Shown here: piece after piece, positions 50,527 through 59,939 of the stretch | Layout of the letters: every line of letters begins with the position of its first letter | Numbering within the stretch: position 1 is the stretch's first letter | IMG/VR virus record: IMGVR_UViG_3300023174_000001 | Coordinates: 32,001-96,000 of that record | Reading direction: 5' to 3' (one strand) | Length of the DNA stretch: 64,000 nt | Origin: a virus | Program-made: the position numbers and the translations under genes | The notes under the pieces: model-generated | What the model saw: only the letters and a program-made list of their open reading frames with translations | The model's database searches: none | Told to the model about the DNA's origin: nothing

Positions 50527-51418
50527 GTGAAAAGAAAACTAGAACTGGAAGTCAAAACTGTTGATACCATTTTGGACATTTTAGGTGGATTGCTTCACGC
50601 TGGGATGGAGATGGAAAAGTTTTTGGAAAATGAAGGGCAACCTGTTCCTAAAAAACTTAGAAAACAAAATGCTAGAACTTTGATGGCTCACATGGAACTG
50701 GCAATGGCACTTCGTTCAGTTGAGATTGCTGAACTGGAAGAAGTGTTCGCTCTCGAACAAAACTAAATAAAAAGATTCCACCTCGAAAGAGGTGGGATTT
50801 TTTTATCAAAAAAATAGGGTTAGAGGTTTTTCCATGCGTTCCATGAGTCCATGCCTCGCATGGAAAAAGCGACCACCTGGCTTCGCCCGGCTTCGCCCGG
50901 CTTCGCTTGCTTCTTCTGGTTCTTATGCTTTATCTGGCTGATGAGTTCTCCCTCCCTGTTCGCTGTGAGCAAACAAGAAAGTTTGCTGTATGGGAAGAAA
51001 AAGGGACTGTATTGGGTTATTATTTGTATAGGCACTAAGGAGGTGAAAAATGGAAAACTTACAGACAACAGAGGTGACGCTTACAAGCGACTGCACTTGC
51101 GTTGATGAGGATGGCAACTACATTGAAGAATGTTTTGGTTGCTGGGATGACTCTAAGTATGACTTAGGGGAGTTAGTATCAACTGTTCAGACTGAAAAAG
51201 GCTGGACTCAGGTTGCTGTCGAATACAAGGGAGTTTCATGGCGTAGAGTTTCTGGCGAGTTCTTTATGGACTTCGATACCGAAAACTTGATTCGAGCATT
51301 CTCCCTCAATGGTGACTTCAGATTGGTATTTACCTATACCAATGGAGAGTTATCACTTGTTCGATACTCGCATGATGAGCCAACTGGGACTGGCAAGATT
51401 ATCTTCAAGGCAATCTAG
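50527..51418 (+). CDS. Two hypothetical proteins (50527-50766, 51050-51418)
   Basis: Strong RBS before each. Confidence 0.6.
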
Positions 51419-51540
51419 TCTCCCTAACCTGAGCAAGTTATAAAAAGGCTCAAAAAAACTTTTGGGATTCGGGAATAAAAACTGAGTTCCTAGTGTTATA
51501 GTTATTGTAGTTCGAAAAAAGTTTCTTGAAAGGAGACCCC

Positions 51541-52005
51541 ATGAACAACACCCTAACCCCGGCGAGCGAGCGTCAAATCTCGTTCCTTAACTCTCTACTT
51601 GCTGAGCGTGAGAACACGCTAGTCGTAGAGTTCGCTGGCTTGACTTCTAAGCAAGCCTCAGAGTTCATTGGGACTCTAATCAACGCCCCTAAGCGTGTTG
51701 CTGGTGTTCGTGCCGACTTCCCGGTTTTAGAGGGTATGTATCGCAACAACGCTGGCGTTATCTACAAGGTTCAGGCTAGCCGAGAGACTGGTCGCCTTTA
51801 CGCCAAGTTCCTTGATGTTGCTATGCGTAAGTTCGAGTTCGAGGCTGGTGCAATGCGTAACCTCAGTGCCGAAATGCGTATGAGCGTGGAGGAGGCTAAG
51901 GCGTTCGGTGTCGAATACGGTTTCTGCGTAGTCTGTGGAAAGTTCCTTACCGACCCTGTATCTGTTGCTCAGGGTATCGGCCCGGTCTGTATCACTAAGG
52001 TCTAA
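51541..52005 (+). CDS. DUF6011-like Zn-finger protein
   Basis: ASERQ..F N-terminal motif; CVVCGKFLTDPVSVAQGIGPVC. Confidence 0.75.
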   Translation: MNNTLTPASERQISFLNSLLAERENTLVVEFAGLTSKQASEFIGTLINAPKRVAGVRADFPVLEGMYRNNAGVIYKVQASRETGRLYAKFLDVAMRKFEFEAGAMRNLSAEMRMSVEEAKAFGVEYGFCVVCGKFLTDPVSVAQGIGPVCITKV

Positions 52006-52009
52006 GCCG

Positions 52010-52345
52010 ATACGGTTCACCCCCTAGAAAGCCCTTGCTGGAAACGGCAAGGGTTTTTTAGTATCTGGCACGGCTGGCTTGCTGAACACGGCTGGCAAGA
52101 CTAACGGCTGGCTTGTAGAGACGGCTAGGGTTTGACGGCTGGCAAGGGTAAAGGCTTGCTAAAAGCCAACGGCTAGCCTTTTTGACGGCTTGCTCTAACG
52201 GCTAGCCCCTTAAATGACTAACGGCTCGCCTTTATGACGGCAAGCGTGTAAATAATCAACGGCAAGCCTTATAAGAGTTAAAAAGCCAACGGTGAGCCTT
52301 TTTTGGACTGGTATGTAGGTAAGCGTGAAAAAAGCCAACGGTAAG
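52010..52345 (+). repeat. Dense ACGGCWNGC repeat field
   Basis: About 14 co-oriented copies at short irregular spacing; similar fields ~40580-40750, 45290-45400, 49560-49740. Confidence 0.8.
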
Positions 52346-52349
52346 CCTT

Positions 52350-53280
52350 TTTAATAAAATAATAAAAAGTCGCAAGAGGACTTGCGAAAAAGCATAAGAA
52401 ATGCAAAAAAGCATAAAAAGGCGAAGAAATGCGAAAAAAGAGGCGAAGAAGCGAAGGCGAAGAAAATAAATAAAAGCAAAAAGAGGCGAAGGCGAGGAAA
52501 AATAAAAGCATAAGACACATAGAAAAAATGGATACCTGCAAAAAAAAACTGATGCCTCAGCGAAAAAACCTGATGCCTCAAAAAAAGATTCATGGGAAAT
52601 GAAAGTTTCACTCTGGCGAAAGAAGTTTCAGGCTGGCTGAGGCTGGAAAAGTGCGTCTAGATAGGCTCTGGGAAGCCTATTCAGGCGTGAAAGCGTGAAA
52701 AGTGGGGGAAGGTGCGTAGTTTCAGGAAAAAGCGAAGGGGAGGGAGTCGAAAAGAGGGTGAGGGGTTTTTCCATGCAAGTTTTTAGTCCATGCTTCGCAT
52801 GGAAAACTAGATGACCGGGCTTGCTTCCAGGTAAGCCTCCCATCCAGGATTTCCAGGGCCTGGAGGAAGAAAAAGCATAAGGATAAAGAAAAAAGCGAAG
52901 GAAGCGGCTCATCTCATGTGAAAAAGAAATGAAAAAGAAAGAAGAAAGAAAGAAAAAGCAAAAAGTATAGAAGAACTGATGAGTAAAGTCAAGCGAGTCG
53001 AAAAAAGTTTTCCATCTTGCATGGAAAATAAAGCCGCGTGCTTCACTTTGCGGCACAAGGAAGTTGAGTGGATTCATGTATCCTCAGGTCGAGGAAGAAA
53101 AAGTATAGATAATGTTTTATGTTTGTCAAGTCGATTTGTAAAAAAGTTGATGAGTCCCATGCAACTCTGCTTCTGGAAAATAGGGTAGCCGCATTTTCCA
53201 TGTGCCGCAGTTTGCTTTTTCACTTGACTTTTCCTGCTTCTTGTGTTTTTTCTTATTATAACTTTTTGATAACAGCGTCT
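52350..53280. other. Non-coding purine-skewed low-complexity tract
   Basis: A/G-rich plus strand with AAAAGCATAA, GCGAAG and CTGATGCCTCA repeats. Confidence 0.7.
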
Positions 53281-53347
53281 TCAGTCGGGAATAAATGTTG
53301 GGCTTCATGGGTTATCTATCATGTAGGCACTAAGGGAGGTGATTAGT

Positions 53348-56300
53348 ATGGTCAAGTTCTATTTTATTTTTGATGGCTTCGGTTATCCACTTTGCGAGAA
53401 GCACTCAGGAGGGTTGCTTCTTGGGGTGGATACTCACCTGAGTTGTCATGCTTGCGACAAACTCGATAAGGAGTAGTCGTCAGCGAAGTTGCTCCCCTGA
53501 TTAAGTTCAGGGGGGCAATTTTTTTTGCATGGGCAGGAAAAAAGTTGCCGTGCGTGCATGGAAACTCTTGCCGCCTGGCTTGATGCCGATACATGATGAA
53601 TCGCAATGGGATTTGTGTGCCGAAGATTTTTTTTTGGAACGCCGTTTATTTTCTTTTTCTTTTTTTCTGCAACACGGGAATAATTTGTCACCTGTGAGTG
53701 TTATTATATATGTAGGCACTAAGGAGGTGATTGATATGGCAAAAACTTACAAGATTGGACTTGTGTTTTCTTTCGAACCTGAGGGAGAACACGCCGACAT
53801 CTTCGAGGGCATGGACAAGACCGAGGAACAACTCATCGTGTTAATGAAGAACCTCGTGTGTGAGGACATCGATAGATATGTGAAATACAACGAAGTCTTC
53901 GAAGGTCTTTCAGTAGAAATTATAGAAGAGTAATCTTCGCCGAACCCTCTGGGAATAATTTGTCAGGGGGTTCGGTTAATATCTTTATAGGCACTAAGGG
54001 AGGTGAGAACTATGGAACTAACAGAACTAGAAGCATTAGCAGTAAAGTCTATCTACACCGATTACCACGCTGGAGCAACTAACGCCGATGAAGCGTTGCA
54101 CGCTTTAGAACAACTAATCAATGGCGGGCTAACACCTTGCGACAAGTGTGGCGACAAGATACAGACAGATATCCACGCCGAAGAACTCGGTATGTGCGTT
54201 GATTGCTCTAACGAGTATTTCAGTCATGAAGAGTAGGAACTAACGCCGACTCATCTCAAGACCCTCGAACAGAAATGTTCGGGGGTTTTGTTTTACGCCG
54301 AGAGGCTGAGCCGCTTCCATCACGCATGGAATAAGCGGCTACCCCGGTTCGCCTCCGTGCGAGGAAAAATACTTACGCCGATTGGGAATAAAAGTGAGGC
54401 GATTGTGGTTTATATTAATGAAGGAAGATTGGAGAAAGAAATGTTTGTAGAGAAAAAAGGTGATGCTGAACTAGCAGAACTATTTGCTTTGGGACTTATC
54501 GCCGAACCAGAAGATAATGGAACGCTTGTGTTAGTGCCGTGTGCCGACCCTGTTATGTGTGAGATACACGGAACTTATTGGATTGAGAAAAGAATAAAAA
54601 AAGTCTTGACACCGACCAAGTAAAGTTGTATAGTAGTAGTATGTCAATGAAAGGACACCGATAATGAACCAAGATAAACTAATCGCCGTTTGTGAAAAAC
54701 TCTATGACAAGCGTGGTGCTAGTGCTATTTACGACTACATCAACGCTAATCACCGAGAACTAGATTGGTATTTTTGCCAGCCTTGCGACACCGATACACC
54801 AGCAACTAACCAACTAAAATGCTTAGTTTGTGGAAGTGCCGTGCTTCTAGGGTATCAAGATAAGTTCGCCGAGTTCATGTAATCCAAATCGAACCAAGAC
54901 CTCGTGCTGAAAAGTGCGAGGTTTGGTTTTTAGCAATCCAGGTGCACGGAAAAACAGAACACCCAGGCACTTGACAAAAAGAGTTTCATCAATAACAATA
55001 GAAACAACAACACCGAAAGGAAACAAAATGAACTACGAGTTCTTATTTACAATGTGGGAGTGTATTGGTTGCCGTCTGCTTTACAACGACGAGCAAGACA
55101 AATGCACCAACTGCAAAAACAAGTGCGAGCCAATTAAAATCAAAGGCGTAAGGGCATAAACTCCGTTATCAAAAAGTTATACGGAAATGCTTGACAATGC
55201 CGTTCATTACAATAAACTAGAAGTGTAGTGAAACAACTAACAAGGAGATAAAAATGAAGATTCTTATTGGATTACTAGGTATCTGGTGCTTTTGGAACGC
55301 TTTGCGTATTACCGACCAACTCGGTCATGTAATGGTTTTTGGTGGCGACCAAAGTGTTCTTTGGGCTGGATTAGTTTTATTCTTATCTGGAACTTTTGGC
55401 TGTGTTATTGCCATCTGTGCTGAAAAGAAGTAGCCAACACCGAAAAGTCCCCTCATCTCAGGTGGGGGGATTTTTTCTGCCCATGCCATTTTGGTAGGCG
55501 GCAGGTTTTTCCATGCTCCCGTGTTGGATTTTTTTTTTCGGATACGGGAATAATTTCTCCATCATCGTGGTTGTCTTATGTATGAGCAAAGAAAGGAGAA
55601 ATCCAATGGACACCGACAAGAACAAAACTTGGGAAGAGTGGCTAAATACGCCTGGGAACGCTAAGAAGTTTCTAGAGTGGGTATTTGACCCTAAAGTAGA
55701 TGCCGAACTAGAAGCCCTTGCAAAAGAAACCAACTAAGGAAAGAGAAACTGTGAGAACTAAACTAACTCAGGAAAGAATCACCGAACTGGACAAACTTGA
55801 CCGAATTAGAACTTACGACTTGCTATACCGAGCGATGTCTGTGGGGCTAATTCCGTTTCAGCCGAACCTTAGGCTAAAGCGTATGGTCAGAGTAAAGAAG
55901 TCTGGCAACTAAAAACACCGAAAACATTTTTTACCAAATGGGAATAAAATGTCGGACTAATGTGTTATTATCAGTATGTGAGTAATCACAAAGACAAAAA
56001 GACAAAGGAGATAAAGTGGCTTCATCAGCAACTTACACCGTTACACTAACGACTAACTCTACGAGTTACATTACAACTATCACCACTCCGTCTAGCGACG
56101 AAGAAACTATTTACGAGTTGGCGATAGAACGCATCAAAGAAGAAGATGGCTTTGATTTATCTGGACACCGATTAGTTGATACAACTTACGAAGTATTGGA
56201 AGTGTGGGACTAATAATGAGTGCTACCGATTACAACGACCTAAGCAGACACATTGGACACAAGGTGGAAGTAGTTACTTACGCCGATACTAATGTCGCCA

Positions 56301-57438
56301 TTGAGTGCGAAGAGTGTAGTGAAGTGCTACTGGACTTTGATAAAGAAGTTGAGTGCGAGAACCACACTTGGACTTTACAAATGAATCTTCCGAACATACC
56401 AATTCGCAACTACTGCGAAGAGTGTGGTGCGATAGGAGAAGCCGACCCCGATGATGTAGCAGAACAAATCCGACTATTAGGAGAGAACGAATAATGATGA
56501 ATAACACCGAACTACTTAATTATCTACAAGACAAGGTAGGTGAATTGTTTGAGAACATCAGACATGACGACACCTATGGCGATTTCAGAGATGGTGCTAA
56601 AGATTACCTAATCCAAATCACAGACATAATCGCAGAACTACAAAGGGAGAACCTAAATGAATCAGGAAACTAAAATCAACACCGATAAGTTATCCCCTGA
56701 GTTTTATGTGTGGGAGAACGACTACGAAGAAGTCTGGGCTACTGAGAGTAATCCTTTCTTCGTAATCCGTAATGGCGAGATGCGAATCATCGTCAAGAGT
56801 GCCGATGAATCACAAGAGATAATCAGATACACCGATGCTCTGGAGAAGTTTGGCATCACTACCGATAAAGAACTAGAAGAGTGGTCTGGGAAGAGTGAAG
56901 AACTATTCTCAGTTGGTATGAATCCTTGGTTTGAGATTTGGTCTGTGAAAGACACCGAGTTTTACTCAGAGCCATACTTTGACCTGAAAGAAGCCATCGC
57001 ACAAGCCGAAGTAATGCTTGCCGAGTATCCAACTGGCATCGTAGATTAGTCAGAACTAAAAAGGAAAGCCCATGCTGAAGAGCATGGGTTTTCTTATGTT
57101 ATTCCGAAACACCTGGGTATCCACTTTTTCCGTGTGCCGTGATGGTTGCCTTCATCTGCTAAGTTGTTCTCATGTCAGTATTTCATCAAGCGACCCCCGT
57201 AAAACTCGTAAATGCAGATGAAGAACGCATTTCCTTCATCTATTTCTTATCTGGTGGGGAATACGACAGTAAGTTTGTGCTGGTTTCTTCCGTTATTACA
57301 CCGAATTATGAAGAAACAGCAGTATTCATCTGCAACGACTCAACTGGCGAAGAAGCAGAGTGGGAGAACACATTGGCAAAAATCTATCATGTGGATACAG
57401 AAGAAGTGCTAAACAAGATGGGATACACAACAAAGTAG
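53348..57438 (+). CDS. Array of small hypothetical genes (53348-53476, 53736-53933, 54012-54236, 54441-54623, 54664-54882, 55028-55159, 55254-55433, 55606-55737, 56016-56213, 56204-56494, 56657-57049, 57172-57438)
   Basis: Mostly with their own promoter and strong RBS; many carry CxxC pairs. Confidence 0.6.
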
Positions 57439-57442
57439 CCGC

Positions 57443-58006
57443 TTGACATGGAAAATAATAAGACTTATTATTAGCCGCAAAGAAGAAATGACGAAAGGAA
57501 CTCAGATGGGCACAAATGTTCATGGTCTGAAGCCAAAGCACTCCGTAGGCGAGCAGTTTGGTAGAAATGTTTGGGGCTGGACTCCGTTGATGGGCTACAT
57601 CTCAGCACAGCACAAGAAGTTTGAGAAGTTGTTTGAGAAAAACCGACTCACAGAACTGCAAGCCAACAAAATTGCCGATGCATTATTTGACGACATCGCA
57701 TCTGGCAAGGCCGAAGCATACGCCGATAAGTTTATGAATAAAATCGCTACCCTCCCTGAAGTCCCATGTGAATTTTGCGAGGCCACAGGCATCAGAAAAG
57801 ATGCCGTAGGCATGGAAAAGGGTATGACCCACCTAGTGCTAGACCCCCGCCTCGCTCAACAACTTGGAAGACAGCGTGGGTGGTGCAATGGATGCTTTGG
57901 TTATGGGATGAAGAAGAGTTCCGACAGTGCTTACTATCTAGAACTTACGGATGTAGTGGAATTCGCCGAGTTCTTACGCAACTGTGGTGGAGCAAAAATA
58001 TCTTAA
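57443..58006 (+). CDS. Hypothetical Zn-finger protein (paralog of 58272..58811)
   Basis: RNVWGW, CEFCEATG, CNGCFGYG, EFAEFL..CGG. Confidence 0.65.
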   Translation: MTWKIIRLIISRKEEMTKGTQMGTNVHGLKPKHSVGEQFGRNVWGWTPLMGYISAQHKKFEKLFEKNRLTELQANKIADALFDDIASGKAEAYADKFMNKIATLPEVPCEFCEATGIRKDAVGMEKGMTHLVLDPRLAQQLGRQRGWCNGCFGYGMKKSSDSAYYLELTDVVEFAEFLRNCGGAKIS

Positions 58007-58271
58007 AAAATCTTTTGCGACACGCTTGACAAATGTCAGATGTGTTGTGTAGATTATCTATGTATCCACTCGACAACGAAAGGCAGATACAAATGTACGA
58101 AGACTACGAAGACGAAAAACAGTATGTTAGAGAACTTTACTGGGAGTCAAAAGGTTTGGGCGGTTACGACAGAGTTACCGTAGAGCCGATTGTTTTAGCA
58201 GGAGAAGAAATCTCTTGCCCTAAGTGCAACAGGATAAGAGACAAAGCAATAATCGAACAACACTTGCCTAA

Positions 58272-58811
58272 GTGCAGTGGGACTGGAGAATAAAAATGGG
58301 TATGGATGTTTATGGCACTAAGCCGAAGAACGAAACTGGAGAATACTTCCGCCGTAATGTTTGGGGCTGGAGAGGTCTTTGGGACTACTGCTTAGATACT
58401 TTTGAGATTGCTAACAAAGTAGAAGATGGGCACTCTAATAGTGGAGATGGTCTAAACGCCGAGAACAGCAGACAACTTGCTGAGCAGATGAAAGCAGACA
58501 TAGCAAGTGGTGCCGCTCAGGACTACATCACAGCACGCAATCACAAACTGGCTAGTTTAGAGAGACTCGCTTGCGATACATGTGCTGGCACTGGTATTCG
58601 TACCGATGATGTTGGTGTCTTCCACGATATGCCGACAAGAGAGTTGTCTCCAGAGATGGCATCACTAACTGGTCGCACACACGGATTCTGTAATGCTTGC
58701 TCTGGTGAGGGTAAGACAGACGACTGGGAAACTAACTATCAGTTCGACCTAGAAGACATTAAAGAGTTTGCCGAGTTCGTTGAGAACTCTGGTGGATTTA
58801 GGATTTGCTAA
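58272..58811 (+). CDS. Hypothetical Zn-finger protein
   Basis: MGMDVYG, RNVWGW, CDTCAGTG, CNACSGEG, SGGFRIC. Confidence 0.7.
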   Translation: MQWDWRIKMGMDVYGTKPKNETGEYFRRNVWGWRGLWDYCLDTFEIANKVEDGHSNSGDGLNAENSRQLAEQMKADIASGAAQDYITARNHKLASLERLACDTCAGTGIRTDDVGVFHDMPTRELSPEMASLTGRTHGFCNACSGEGKTDDWETNYQFDLEDIKEFAEFVENSGGFRIC

Positions 58812-58814
58812 AAG

Positions 58815-59075
58815 ATGGAGAATAAAATGAAAGCAAAGACAAAAACAGAAACAAAAATGAATACCGTTGCTTGGGATTGGTTTATCGCAAGATATACCAA
58901 GATGGGCTACAAATCACTCAACCAGTTTGCTATCGCAACTGGACTACAAAAGAGTAGCCTAAGTCGCTACTTTCATCGCCAACGCCAGATGCCGTCAGGC
59001 ATGATGGCAACACTTTGCCGAGAACTCAAAGTAACTCCTAACGAGTTGATGCGAGCCCTTGGGGAGTGGCAATAA
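58815..59075 (+). CDS. XRE/Cro-like HTH protein
   Basis: SLNQFAIATGLQKSSLSRYF...P. Confidence 0.75.
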   Translation: MENKMKAKTKTETKMNTVAWDWFIARYTKMGYKSLNQFAIATGLQKSSLSRYFHRQRQMPSGMMATLCRELKVTPNELMRALGEWQ

Positions 59076-59239
59076 GACCCCGCTATAAGTAGCAAACACC
59101 TGAGGTATGTGTCTAAAATGCCTCTTTTTCTCCATAAACACCGATTTATGGGGTAAAATAGACCTCACAACTGAATATAGTGTCACTTCGACAATAAACG
59201 ACCCCAGTGCTAACTAACAAGGAAAGGTAAGGTCGCTAA

Positions 59240-59800
59240 ATGAAAAAGTATGTATTAAGTGCCAGCATAGTTTTAACTCTCGCTGGTTGTACTGCATCTG
59301 CCTCAATAGCAGATATGCAAACAGCATTAGTAACACCTATTAGTGCCGTAAAAGAAAAACAAACAGCATCTAAAGAAGTATCAGTTACTCACTCTCTAAT
59401 CAAAGAGGCTAAGAGTAGGCGTAATACCGTTAGGATGCAAAAACTAATAAAGTATCTGAAGACCCGTGTAAATAGGACTTCCTATGTGTTTTCAGGTTCC
59501 AGTCCCCGTGGGTGGGACTGCTCAGGTATGGTTCGATGGACTTACGAGCAATTTGGTTTAGAAATACCACACTCCGCTAATAAGCAAGCACACATAGGAC
59601 AAAGAGTGTCTAAACCAAAACAGGGAGATATCGTTGTATTCGCATACAAAGGCTCCACCTCTTTCTACCACTCCGCCATCTATATTGGAAATGGCAAAAT
59701 TATCAACGCACATTACGAGGCTGACTCCACGATTATTCAGCCACTTACCGACTACAAAAGTAGTCAGATAAGGTTCGTAAGGTTAGTGCCCACCATGTAA
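59240..59800 (+). CDS. NlpC/P60 (C40) peptidase with signal/lipobox
   Basis: LAGC lipobox-like, YVFSG, DCSG, GDIV, HSAIYIGNG. Confidence 0.9.
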   Translation: MKKYVLSASIVLTLAGCTASASIADMQTALVTPISAVKEKQTASKEVSVTHSLIKEAKSRRNTVRMQKLIKYLKTRVNRTSYVFSGSSPRGWDCSGMVRWTYEQFGLEIPHSANKQAHIGQRVSKPKQGDIVVFAYKGSTSFYHSAIYIGNGKIINAHYEADSTIIQPLTDYKSSQIRFVRLVPTM

Positions 59801-59939
59801 AGGAACTCCCCGTCAGAAATGGCGGGGATTTTCTTTTACCGATAGACCTGGGTGGCAGGTTTTTCCTTTCAGGAATGTGCTTGACAACGGGAATATTTTG
59901 CTATAACTTATAGTTATTACACATGACGAAAGGCTTCAA

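Noticed and set aside
50743-50760. LexA SOS box
   Set aside because: Half-sites are in the reverse order (GTTC-N-GAAC) and lie within a CDS end
52010-52345. Possible CRISPR array
   Set aside because: Repeats are only ~9 bp, degenerate and irregularly spaced; no spacer-length regularity and no cas genes
52278-53346. ORFs 52278-52541, 52351-52611, 52628-53077, 52979-53188, 53119-53346
   Set aside because: Low-complexity translations across regulatory repeats
59150-59240. c-di-AMP (ydaO) riboswitch before the NlpC/P60 gene
   Set aside because: Only CTGAAT and one CGACC/GGTCG stem are present; the leader is too short and lacks the other conserved elements
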